DNA from: Sedimentisphaerales bacterium
GTDB taxonomy: Bacteria > Planctomycetota > Phycisphaerae > Sedimentisphaerales > SM23-30
NCBI GenBank assembly: GCA_963663965.2
Contig: CAXXFK010000024.1
Location: 82,959 to 146,958 of the forward strand
Reading direction: 5' to 3'
DNA: 64,000 nt
The translations under genes and the position numbers were made by a program. A model generated the notes under the pieces. The model ran no database searches, had not been told where the DNA came from, and saw only the letters and a program-made list of their open reading frames with translations. This document shows positions 10,107 to 19,885 of the stretch, in pieces (position 1 is the stretch's first letter; each line of letters begins with the position of its first letter).

Positions 10107-10261
10107 CAATATTCAAGATCATATCGCCCAAATGTTCTGATCTTCAACATCAATGATATCCCATTGAAGTTGTGCCGTTTTATATATTTGATCTTTTATT
10201 GATTATTCGATAGAATTGCTATTCTGGCAAATACTGATGTTTGCCTATCAGGATGACCAAA

Positions 10262-12439
10262 ATGAAAAAAGTTTTTAATGTATCAAACCGCCTCCCGGTA
10301 ACAATCGGTAAAACTATTCGGAAATCAGCCGGTGGCCTTGTCACCGCTATGGAAGGCATCCAGAATGATTATCGTCTCCAATGGGTAGGCTGGCCCGGCA
10401 ATGTGATTGGCTCATCGCGCCAAAACGATATCCGTACCCACCTGCATGACGATTATGGCTATATTCCAGTATTTCTCTCTCACCATCAAATTGAATGCTA
10501 TTATAATGGATTTTCCAATTCTACGCTTTGGCCATTGTTCCATTATATGCCCAATTTTACCCGTTTCAATGAAGAATGGTATGCCCACTATATTAAGGTC
10601 AACAAGGCTTTTGCCGATATAATTATTGAAAACGCTGTTCAGAATGATTTGATCTGGATCCACGATTATCACTTGATGCTTCTACCGGGTATGTTACGCG
10701 ATAGAAACTCCAATTTAAAAATTGGCTATTTTCTCCACACCCCGTTTCCATCTTACGAAGTTTTCCGTTGTCACCCCAATCGTGAAGCTCTGTTACACGG
10801 ATTGCTGGGCGCCGATCTGATTGGTTTTCACACTTTTGGATATCTACGCCATTTTCGCAGCACTCTTTTGCGAATCTTAGGACTGGAGTCTGAAATTGAC
10901 AGTATCCTCAGCGAAAACCATCGCACTCATTTCGGGGTCTATCCCATTGGTATCGATGCCCAGAAATTTCAAAAAGAACTCAATAGCCGCACCCATCGCA
11001 AATACCTCAATAAATACCGTGACATATTCCAGAATCGAAAGGTCGTTCTAAGTGTGGAACGGCTGGATTACACCAAGGGAATTCCACGAAAGCTTGATGC
11101 CATCGAACTGTTTCTGCAGCGTCATGAGCATCCGGAAGATATTGTATTCATTTTTGTCATGGTGCCTTCACGCGGTGAAGTGGAAGAATATCAGCAATTG
11201 CTGAATACTGTCGAACTGCGTATCAGTCAGATTAATGGCAAATATTCCACCATCACTAATATTCCATTGCATTTTATGCACCAATCCGTGTCGTTCAGCG
11301 AGTTGTGCGCATTATACGCGCTGGCCGATGTTTGCATGGTTACACCTTTGGTAGATGGCATGAACCTGGTAGCCAAAGAATATATCGCTTGTCAGAAAAA
11401 CAATTTTGGCGTGTTGATTCTCAGTGAGTTTGCCGGAGCCGCCCAGGAATTATTCAGCGCGATCATCGTAAATCCTTATAATATTGATCAGGTATCCAAT
11501 GCCATTGAACAGGCGATCGAAATGACCGATGACGAAAAGGAACAACGCAATCAGCCTATGGCTAAACGCATCCTTCGCTATAACGCCAAACACTGGGCAA
11601 AAACGTTTATCGATGACCTGAGCGATTGCAGTTCCAGTTCTGAATCGGATATAACCCGCTCAGCCGCACTGGAGACAATCAAACCTTTCATTCACGCCCA
11701 GAAAATCGCCCTGTTTTTAGATTACGACGGGACGCTGTGCGAAATCCGCAAAAAACCTGAAGATGCCGCACCTAACCGCGCCATAAAGGCTCTTTTTGAA
11801 TTAATGGTCCAATGCCATTCGGTAGACTTTTATCTCATCAGTGGTCGCAGTAAACCCGACATGCAGAACTGGTTCTTTGAGTATCCCTTTACCCTGATCT
11901 GCGAACACGGTTTTTTCTATCGTCTGCCCAGTGATACGAAATGGCAGTTTTTCAATTCGGATGCCGATCTGTCCTGGAAAGAACAGGTTTCAGAAATTTT
12001 CGAGTTGTATTGCGAAATGACTCCTGGAAGTTTTATTGAAACCAAAACCGCTTCGATCGTCTGGCATTACCGTCAGGCCGATCCGGAATTCGGCAGTTGG
12101 AAAGCCAATCAGCTGATGGTCGAACTTTACGAAATGCTCTCAAACCTGCCGGTGGAAATCCATCATGGCAAAAAAATTGTGGAAGTCTGCTCCACCCAGA
12201 TCAGCAAAGGTCGTGCCGTTGAATATTTCCTGCAACAACACGCCTACGACAGGGTTTTGTGTGCCGGCGACGATCTGACCGATGAGAGTATGTTCCGTCT
12301 AAAACGACCGGAAATTATCAGTCTGAAAATCGGCTCTGGCAACACCCTGGCCCAGTATAAAATTCCCACCCCCCAGCAGTTTCGTGAATATCTGCAAAAA
12401 TTCATCTCGGCAAAAATCAACCGCGACAAGGAAATCTGA
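10262..12439 (+). CDS. otsAB: Bifunctional trehalose-6-phosphate synthase/phosphatase
   Basis: VSNRLP, GGLVTA, WIHDYHL, RLDYTKG and DGMNLVAKE (GT20); FLDYDGT and GDDLTDE (HAD). Start placed at ATG 10262, 8 nt after AGGA. Confidence 0.93.
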   Translation: MKKVFNVSNRLPVTIGKTIRKSAGGLVTAMEGIQNDYRLQWVGWPGNVIGSSRQNDIRTHLHDDYGYIPVFLSHHQIECYYNGFSNSTLWPLFHYMPNFTRFNEEWYAHYIKVNKAFADIIIENAVQNDLIWIHDYHLMLLPGMLRDRNSNLKIGYFLHTPFPSYEVFRCHPNREALLHGLLGADLIGFHTFGYLRHFRSTLLRILGLESEIDSILSENHRTHFGVYPIGIDAQKFQKELNSRTHRKYLNKYRDIFQNRKVVLSVERLDYTKGIPRKLDAIELFLQRHEHPEDIVFIFVMVPSRGEVEEYQQLLNTVELRISQINGKYSTITNIPLHFMHQSVSFSELCALYALADVCMVTPLVDGMNLVAKEYIACQKNNFGVLILSEFAGAAQELFSAIIVNPYNIDQVSNAIEQAIEMTDDEKEQRNQPMAKRILRYNAKHWAKTFIDDLSDCSSSSESDITRSAALETIKPFIHAQKIALFLDYDGTLCEIRKKPEDAAPNRAIKALFELMVQCHSVDFYLISGRSKPDMQNWFFEYPFTLICEHGFFYRLPSDTKWQFFNSDADLSWKEQVSEIFELYCEMTPGSFIETKTASIVWHYRQADPEFGSWKANQLMVELYEMLSNLPVEIHHGKKIVEVCSTQISKGRAVEYFLQQHAYDRVLCAGDDLTDESMFRLKRPEIISLKIGSGNTLAQYKIPTPQQFREYLQKFISAKINRDKEI

Positions 12440-12444
12440 CAATC

Positions 12445-14223
12445 ATGCTTAAAGACAACCTGGATTATGGTGTTATCGGAAACGGGCGCAGCGCCGCCCT
12501 GGTTTCCCATAAGGGCACACTCGAATGGTGCTGCCTGCCCGATTTCGACTCCCCTTCGTTCTTTGCCAATATCCTGGATGAAGAGGTTGGTGGCGAATTC
12601 GCCATTGAGGTAGATGATACTTATACTATCGCCCAACAATATCTCCCCCGGACTAACATCCTGATTACAACCTTTAAAAGCCAGCAACATGCTTTTGAAA
12701 TATTGGATTGCATGCCCAGATATCGCAATAACCATAACCGGATTCACTATCCGCCAGATATCATCCGTTATTTTCGGGTACTGACGGGCCGGCCACACTT
12801 TCGACTTCGATACCAACCCCGTCCCTGTTTCGGGCAATTTAAAACCAGAACCGAAGTTCGCGGTGACTATATCAAAACCAGCACGGAAAATGGTTCTTAT
12901 GAATCTATTTATCTCTATTCCAGTTTCAATCTGACCTCCATCGCTTCAGGCAGTGAGATTGTTCTGACTGATGACAGCTACTGTATGATCAGTTATAATC
13001 AGAAAATCGGCAGTATGGATGCCGACAACATCCATCTTGAACTGGAAAAAACAAGGGTCTACTGGCTGGACTGGTCCGCACGCAGCCCGAAGTTCCCGTG
13101 TTATAATAAAGAAATCAATCGTAGCGCCCTGGTCCTTAAATTATTGTCTTATCAGAAAACCGGAGCGATCCTTGCCGCGGTGACTACCTCATTACCTGAA
13201 ACCATCGGCCATGAACGTAACTGGGATTATCGTTTCTGCTGGCTGCGTGACGCCTCCATGGTTATTTCGGTACTGACCCGGTTGAATCACTACAATGTCG
13301 CGCGGCGCTATATCGATTATCTGATCAGTATTGTGCCATTCAAAGATGAAAAAATTCAGATCATGTATGGTATCAATCGACAAAAAAAACTTACGGAGCG
13401 GGTGCTACCCTGGCTCAGCGGATATTGTGATTCACGCCCGGTTCGGATCGGCAATGCCGCCTATCATCAAAAACAAAATGATATTTTTGGCGTCACCCTG
13501 GATGTGATATATAAATATTTTACCCTGTTCCATCGTGAAATGCATGAATCGCGTGAGGCCCTCTGGACCGTAGTCCGTTCTATGGCGCGACATGTGGAAA
13601 ATAACTGGCGAAAACCGGATATGAGCATCTGGGAGTTTCGGACGCAAAAAAAACATTTTACTTTTTCCAAGGTGTTGAGCTGGGTGGCAATGGATCGGGC
13701 GATAAAAACAGCAGCCCTGCTCCGCATGGACTGGTATGTCCATGCCTGGTCCGAAACGCGTCAAAAAATCCGCCAGGACATCATGACCAACGGCTGGAAT
13801 TCGGAGATCGAGGCGTTTACCCAGTTCTATGGAAGTCAATATCTGGATGCAGCCAACCTGCTTATGGAACATTACGGTTTTATAGACGCTCACTCTCCTC
13901 AATATATTTCCACGGTCCTGAAGATCCAGGAACGGCTTTGCCACAATGGTTTGATGTTCCGCTATCGCAATGAAGATGATTTTGGCGCCCCATCCACATC
14001 GTTTACGGTTTGCACTTTCTGGCTGATTAAAAGCCTTTATAAAATTGGCCGTCATGATGAAGCCATCGAGATGTTCGATAATCTGCTGAAATGCAGTAAT
14101 CACCTTGGACTTTTCAGCGAAGATCTCGACTTTGAAACCAAACGACTCCTGGGGAATTTTCCGCAGGGGTACAGTCATCTGGCATTGATTGATACCGCTC
14201 TGGCATTAATGGGAGAAGAATAG
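12445..14223 (+). CDS. Glycoside hydrolase family 15 (trehalase/glucoamylase-like)
   Basis: TTSLPE, RNWDYRFCWLRD, SIWEFR, LGLFSED and LGNFPQGYSH. Confidence 0.92.
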   Translation: MLKDNLDYGVIGNGRSAALVSHKGTLEWCCLPDFDSPSFFANILDEEVGGEFAIEVDDTYTIAQQYLPRTNILITTFKSQQHAFEILDCMPRYRNNHNRIHYPPDIIRYFRVLTGRPHFRLRYQPRPCFGQFKTRTEVRGDYIKTSTENGSYESIYLYSSFNLTSIASGSEIVLTDDSYCMISYNQKIGSMDADNIHLELEKTRVYWLDWSARSPKFPCYNKEINRSALVLKLLSYQKTGAILAAVTTSLPETIGHERNWDYRFCWLRDASMVISVLTRLNHYNVARRYIDYLISIVPFKDEKIQIMYGINRQKKLTERVLPWLSGYCDSRPVRIGNAAYHQKQNDIFGVTLDVIYKYFTLFHREMHESREALWTVVRSMARHVENNWRKPDMSIWEFRTQKKHFTFSKVLSWVAMDRAIKTAALLRMDWYVHAWSETRQKIRQDIMTNGWNSEIEAFTQFYGSQYLDAANLLMEHYGFIDAHSPQYISTVLKIQERLCHNGLMFRYRNEDDFGAPSTSFTVCTFWLIKSLYKIGRHDEAIEMFDNLLKCSNHLGLFSEDLDFETKRLLGNFPQGYSHLALIDTALALMGEE

Positions 14224-14252
14224 AAATTAATCAACTTCGCTTCCCATTCATG

Positions 14253-15380
14253 TCAAGCGCTCACGACTGATATCTTTTGATAATAAGTGAATAACTCCTC
14301 AGGAGTTAACGCTGGATGAGCATGACTTGTTTGAACTCGGATAAAGTCTAAAAGCCGTTGCGCCATAGAGCGATCTATCGGACAGCCCATTTGACTCATC
14401 ACATATTGAACCGACGCAGTTCCAGAATGACGACCAATGACCACTTGACGGGCTGCGTGCCCAACTTTATCAGGGCGAAATGGTTCATAGGTGTCCGGAT
14501 CACTTAAAATCGCCTGTACATGGATCCCTGATTCATGATGAAAGATCGCGTCACCGGCAATTGGTTTTGTTTCCGGTATCGTCACATCAGCCAGAAAGGC
14601 TACCAGACGACATAAGCCATTTAATTGGTTCAACTGAATTCCGGTTGCGATTCCTTCTGTCATTTCGACTGCAAGGGCGACCTCTTCCAAGGGTGCATTT
14701 CCAGCCCGTTCCCCCAAACCCAGCACGGTACAATCAACGGAATGTGCCCCTCCTCGAAACGCCGCCACCGAATTGGCCACGGCCATTCCCAGATCGTTAT
14801 GACCATGAAACCCAAGTTCAAGATCCGGATATTTCCCGGCCAGATCATGAATCACCTCATAAGTCTGGAATGGATTCCAAACCCCCACAGAATCGGCCAG
14901 GCGTAAGCGGTTGGCGCCTGCCAGATAGGCGGCATTGGCCAGACATTCAAGATCGACCAGACTCATTCGAGACACATCCTGAACGCCTACCGAGATATAA
15001 TCAAAATGCCCCCGGGCATAGCCCAGACAGGTTTCCAGAGTTTGATAGAGCCATAACCGGTCTTTATGTAAGGATTTTAACAGGATATCAGAGCCCGGTA
15101 CCGAAAGATGCAATACCGGCACTTCACATCGGATAGCCTGGCGAATATCCCATAGACTGGCCCGACACCAGACACTCAGGCGAGCGGCTATTGGTAATCG
15201 ACCCAACTGACGAATCCGCTGGATCGCCTCATCCCCCATAGCTGGAATGCCGGCTTCGATTTCTCGAACGCCGGCCAGATCCAGTTCCATCGCCATCCGT
15301 TCCCGATCATGATCGGCAAACACCAATCCGGGTTTTTGCTCACCATCGCGCAGGGTCGTATCGATAATATATGGTTTCAT
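14253..15380 (-). CDS. nifV: Homocitrate synthase
   Basis: IDTTLRDGEQ, HGHNDLG, GERAGNA and HESGIH; no regulatory domain; last gene of the nif cluster. Confidence 0.9.
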   Translation of the reverse strand: MKPYIIDTTLRDGEQKPGLVFADHDRERMAMELDLAGVREIEAGIPAMGDEAIQRIRQLGRLPIAARLSVWCRASLWDIRQAIRCEVPVLHLSVPGSDILLKSLHKDRLWLYQTLETCLGYARGHFDYISVGVQDVSRMSLVDLECLANAAYLAGANRLRLADSVGVWNPFQTYEVIHDLAGKYPDLELGFHGHNDLGMAVANSVAAFRGGAHSVDCTVLGLGERAGNAPLEEVALAVEMTEGIATGIQLNQLNGLCRLVAFLADVTIPETKPIAGDAIFHHESGIHVQAILSDPDTYEPFRPDKVGHAARQVVIGRHSGTASVQYVMSQMGCPIDRSMAQRLLDFIRVQTSHAHPALTPEELFTYYQKISVVSA

Positions 15381-15391
15381 TTCATTACGCC

Positions 15392-15700
15392 TCAGTCGGC
15401 AAATATCTGGTAATCCTCGATAGGATTGCCATCTTCCAGGCCATCGAGGATTTCATCAATCCGCTCTTCATTGATATCCCCATACCATAAACTATTCGGA
15501 TAGATTACCATCACCGGCCCCTTATCGCACACCTTAAGACAACCTGTACTGGAGATCTGCGCGTCAAGTCCTCGTTCAAGTATCTCATTTTCAACATAAG
15601 CCAGTAAATCAATAGCATTCTTCTTATTACAAACACCCTGGGGATCCCCTTTAACACGGTAACTATTACAGATAAAAATATGATACGTGGGTTTGGGCAT
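15392..15700 (-). CDS. Thioredoxin-like [2Fe-2S] ferredoxin (nif-associated)
   Basis: HIFIC...GVC...TGCLKVCDKGPVMVIYP. Confidence 0.9.
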   Translation of the reverse strand: MPKPTYHIFICNSYRVKGDPQGVCNKKNAIDLLAYVENEILERGLDAQISSTGCLKVCDKGPVMVIYPNSLWYGDINEERIDEILDGLEDGNPIEDYQIFAD

Positions 15701-15801
15701 GGAAAATCTCCTTCAAACAATTTAACAATCAGAATATAACTTTTAACTTACATCTCAGACATCCTATCTGAAACGGCCAATCATCAGAACTGATTTCTAA
15801 A

Positions 15802-17061
15802 TCAGCCACAGCCACCGCCGGAACCGCTGCAACCAGAGCCACATTTAAAACCAGTAGAACAAACGGGAATTCGGCCGCCGCGATAGATAGTTTCCAAGGC
15901 ATAACGAATCATCCCTTCGGTACGATAGACTTTTAACCCATTTCGCTCTAGTATCTTACGCGGTGATGGCCCGGATTCGCCTACCAGTAGTGCCTGGCAA
16001 TCGTTTAACATATCGGCCAGTTTCTCCCAACGTTGCTCGCCCTGGCCGGCTTGCGGTGTCGGGCGCTTCTCAATCAGATGATAACCATTCTCAGCCGGAC
16101 CATAAATCCAGATTTCTTTGGCTTCTCCCAGATGCTGATTGACCAGCATCCCTTCGTGACTCGCCACGGCCACATAAGGCCGGTTTTCGCAGGGATTGAG
16201 CAGTCCATTGGCAGCCTCCGTCAGGTTATTCAGCGCCTCTGGTGAAAGATCTTCACCCAGCAAACCTACCGCGTCAGCCCGGCATCGGCTGCAATGACGC
16301 ATCTGGGGCAGAGACTGGCCGGCCAGTGTTCTTATCGCATTCATCTCATCATCACACGGAGGTACAATGGTTTCAAATGGGGTATCCGGCACATGACACA
16401 TGGCCATGCAATTCAGTATATCCACGCCCATGTCAGACATGGTTGACGCCAGTTCGCTGACATGATTCTCATTGACACCTGGAACAATAATCATATTGAC
16501 TTTGACCATGATTCCTGCCGCTTTTAATGCGGTAATCGCTTCCAATTGACGATCGAGCATGAGTTGGCCGGCTTCCAGACCACGATAGACCCTTCGATTA
16601 TCACGCACCCAGGAATAGATCTGAGCGGCCAACTCAGCTTTGACCGCGCAGCAGGTAATCGTTACATGACTGACCTGGAGTTCGGCCATCTCTTTGACAT
16701 AAGGAGTAACCGCCAATCCATTAGAAGCGACACACAGGATCATATCGGGATATTCCCGACGTACCAGTCGGAGGGTCTCCATCGTATTATCCGGATTGGC
16801 AAAAGGGTCTCCGGGCCCGGCAATCCCCACTACTTTGATTCGATGATCCACAGGCATCATCTTCTTCAGATAATGCAGCGCCTGGGGCGGAGTAAGGATA
16901 TTACTGGTCACGCCGGGGCGTGATTCATTAACGCAATCATACTGCCGGTTGCAAAAGTTGCATTGAATATTGCATTGGGGTGCAACAGGCAGATGAATAC
17001 GGGCATATTGATGTTTAATGGATTCGTTGAAACAGGGATGTTGGCTCAAGTCGATTGCCAT
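15802..17061 (-). CDS. nifB: FeMo-cofactor biosynthesis radical SAM protein with C-terminal NifX-like domain
   Basis: HPCF, CNIQCNFC, ESRPG, AGPGDPFAN, HCSRCRADAVG and VNQHLGEA. Confidence 0.96.
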   Translation of the reverse strand: MAIDLSQHPCFNESIKHQYARIHLPVAPQCNIQCNFCNRQYDCVNESRPGVTSNILTPPQALHYLKKMMPVDHRIKVVGIAGPGDPFANPDNTMETLRLVRREYPDMILCVASNGLAVTPYVKEMAELQVSHVTITCCAVKAELAAQIYSWVRDNRRVYRGLEAGQLMLDRQLEAITALKAAGIMVKVNMIIVPGVNENHVSELASTMSDMGVDILNCMAMCHVPDTPFETIVPPCDDEMNAIRTLAGQSLPQMRHCSRCRADAVGLLGEDLSPEALNNLTEAANGLLNPCENRPYVAVASHEGMLVNQHLGEAKEIWIYGPAENGYHLIEKRPTPQAGQGEQRWEKLADMLNDCQALLVGESGPSPRKILERNGLKVYRTEGMIRYALETIYRGGRIPVCSTGFKCGSGCSGSGGGCG

Positions 17062-17081
17062 GTAGGGCCTCTCTCTGGTGT

Positions 17082-18446
17082 TTACATGTGGGTATAACCC
17101 ACGGGTGATGATTCCTGTTTAACTTCGATAACCGCGTTGACGATTCGATCGAATAACTGTTGTGTACCCAGATATCCAAGATGCATGATACGCGCGGCGC
17201 CAATGCGATCATGGATGGGAAAGCCCGCGCGTACCAGCGGAATCCCCAGGGTACGCGCGGTTTTTGCACCATTACTATCTCCGATCAGCAAATCAGGAGC
17301 CAGATCGGATATTTGCTCCTCCATTTGAGCGAAATCGGCATTTTCCATAATCGTGACCTGTTCTACCTGATCCCCCAATATTTCTCGTAATCGAACCGCC
17401 ATCAAACCGCTGGTGCCACCGGAGCCGCACAAGACGGGTATCATACCTATTTCTGCGACAAATCCAGCCATTGCGATGACCAGATCCTCCGGACCGTACA
17501 GGCCGACCCGTTTGCCAAAGATATATTTATGTCCATCCACATACGCATCGACCAACCGGGCGCGCTGTCCTAGATAACGTGGTGGCGTTGCCTTACCTGT
17601 AATCAGATTAAAGGCATCAAACAAACGATCGCTGGCTTTCAGGCCGATAGGCAATCCCATACGATAAGCCGGAACATGAAACGACGCTTCCAATAAATGG
17701 GCCGCTGACAGCATATCAGCAATGGTAGCTCCTAATTCGATACTGGCCTGCGCAGCGCCGGCTCGTTGAATATCATCCAGAACAGTCCCCCCCGGTGGAA
17801 TCCGGTGATAAGTCTCCCACGCCCCTCCATCCAGCGTATCACTATAATCCGGTAATATCATGGCTGGAACACCATAATCGCCGGCAATATCTTTCAAGTA
17901 TCGGATATCCTCAGGTGACACCATATTACAAAACAGATTGATCCGGTAATCCCTCCCCTCTATCATGGCCAGTTGGTTGACAGTTTCCCGAACGGCGCGA
18001 TGAAATCCATCCGCATGGGACCCACTATAGCTGGGGGTGGAGACGGTGACGACGGGAGGTAAATCGTCACCGCTCCATTCGCGGGTAATGCGGTGCATAA
18101 ACATGTGCAAATCGTCACCAATTGTCTCGGTCAGACAGGTAGTGGCTACACCGATCATCGAAGGGCGATACTGATTAATGACATTTTTTAATGCCAGACG
18201 CAAATTCTCCATCCCGCCGAACACCGCGGATGATTCCGAAAAATTGCTGCAAGGGATATCCATTGGTTCACGATAATGTCCGATCATATAGCGCCGAATG
18301 TAAGTGGAGCATCCCTGCGATCCATGAATCAGGGGCATGGCGCCTTCAATACCCCGAAATGCCAGACACGCGCCAAAGGGGGTACAAAGCCTACACGCAT
18401 TGCGTGTTGAAGCCCAGGTATCTTTTTTTGCGGACTTCGATATCAT
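17082..18446 (-). CDS. nifN: FeMo-cofactor scaffold, beta subunit
   Basis: CRLCTPFGA, HGSQGCSTYIRR, TTCLTETIGDD and GFPIHDR; overlaps the nifE stop. Confidence 0.93.
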   Translation of the reverse strand: MISKSAKKDTWASTRNACRLCTPFGACLAFRGIEGAMPLIHGSQGCSTYIRRYMIGHYREPMDIPCSNFSESSAVFGGMENLRLALKNVINQYRPSMIGVATTCLTETIGDDLHMFMHRITREWSGDDLPPVVTVSTPSYSGSHADGFHRAVRETVNQLAMIEGRDYRINLFCNMVSPEDIRYLKDIAGDYGVPAMILPDYSDTLDGGAWETYHRIPPGGTVLDDIQRAGAAQASIELGATIADMLSAAHLLEASFHVPAYRMGLPIGLKASDRLFDAFNLITGKATPPRYLGQRARLVDAYVDGHKYIFGKRVGLYGPEDLVIAMAGFVAEIGMIPVLCGSGGTSGLMAVRLREILGDQVEQVTIMENADFAQMEEQISDLAPDLLIGDSNGAKTARTLGIPLVRAGFPIHDRIGAARIMHLGYLGTQQLFDRIVNAVIEVKQESSPVGYTHM

Positions 18447-19828
18447 TGCTCAACTCCTGTGTGCCGGACATGATTCCGTTTCCGGGGTACAAACTGCCAG
18501 ATTGGACTCATCAAAGAACTGTATACTTCGCGGGCAAAGTTGAGCATTCCTTCATAACCGGCCAGCGGCTCTTTCCGCTCATGGTTATGATCGCAGAATC
18601 CCAGGCCCAGTTTATGAGCGATCGGACGCTCTTTAACTCCGCCAATCAGCAGATCGGCTCCAGTCTGATTGATAAAACGAATTAATTCCAGTGGATTCGT
18701 ATCATCCACAATGATCGTTCCAGGGTCACACAGATCACGTAACATGCGGTAATCAGCGTCATTTCCGGTTTGGGATCCAACCACGACAGTTTGAATGCCC
18801 AGGGTACGCAGGCTCCGCACCATGGAAAAAGCTTTGAACGCCCCGCCCACATAAACAGCCGCCTTCTGACCGGTCAGTTCTTTGCGATAACGCTCCAATT
18901 CCGGTTCGATACGGCCAATTTCTTCGGCAACCTGAACCCGGGTGCGATTCATGATTTCCTGATCATTGAAAAATCCCGCCACATCGTAAAGCGCGCGCGA
19001 CATATCCTCGATACCAAAATAAGAAACTCGCATCTGCGGAGTACCATATTTTTCTTCCATCATGCGCGCCAGATGGACCATGGAACCCGAGCATTGCACC
19101 ACATTTAACGCGGCGCCATGACACCGGCGAATATCATCGATTCGGCCATCCCCGGTTACAGTGGCGACAACGTCAATCCCCATTTTTTTATAATATTTGC
19201 GGATCGTCCAGATTTCTCCGGCAATATTGAAATCACCCAGAATATTGATACTGACAGGCCCGATCCCATCGGTCGATCCTGTGCCAATCAATTGAAACAA
19301 GGCGTCACAAGCCGCTTTATAGCCATCTTTTTTGGTTCCTTTGAATCCTTCTGAATGCACCGGTAACACTGGGATCCCGGCCTTGGCGGCGACACGCTTG
19401 CATATCGCGGCCACATCATCGCCAATTAATCCGACAATACAGGTTGAATAAACAAACGCCGCTTTCGGTTGATACTGTTTGATCAGCTCGAGTAACGAAC
19501 GCTCCAGTTTCTGTTCACCACCATAAATAATATCTTTTTCCCGCAAATCGGTCGTGAAACTCATCCGATGCAATTCGGGACCGGATGAGAGCGCGCCGCG
19601 AATATCCCAGGTATAAGCGGCGCACCCCACCGGACCGTGTATCAGATGTAACGCATCCGTAATCGGATACAATACGACGCGGGAGCCACAAAACACACAC
19701 GCACGCTGACTGACCGAGCCGGCCAGACTGTGCTTGTCGCAAGTCATATCGAATGGCTGGTTGCCATTCATATGGACCTGAGACTGGCGTTGTTCGAGTA
19801 TCTCGATGGAATGGGTGTTACGGTTCAT
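18443..19828 (-). CDS. nifE: FeMo-cofactor scaffold, alpha subunit
   Basis: SQRACVFCGSR, HGPVGC, TCIVGLIGDD and NVVQCSGS. Confidence 0.95.
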   Translation of the reverse strand: MNRNTHSIEILEQRQSQVHMNGNQPFDMTCDKHSLAGSVSQRACVFCGSRVVLYPITDALHLIHGPVGCAAYTWDIRGALSSGPELHRMSFTTDLREKDIIYGGEQKLERSLLELIKQYQPKAAFVYSTCIVGLIGDDVAAICKRVAAKAGIPVLPVHSEGFKGTKKDGYKAACDALFQLIGTGSTDGIGPVSINILGDFNIAGEIWTIRKYYKKMGIDVVATVTGDGRIDDIRRCHGAALNVVQCSGSMVHLARMMEEKYGTPQMRVSYFGIEDMSRALYDVAGFFNDQEIMNRTRVQVAEEIGRIEPELERYRKELTGQKAAVYVGGAFKAFSMVRSLRTLGIQTVVVGSQTGNDADYRMLRDLCDPGTIIVDDTNPLELIRFINQTGADLLIGGVKERPIAHKLGLGFCDHNHERKEPLAGYEGMLNFAREVYSSLMSPIWQFVPRKRNHVRHTGVEQ

Positions 19829-19885
19829 AATGGCGTCGTTGTTGGTTTATGGATTTAATCATCATTGTCAGTTAAGCATTCACGC

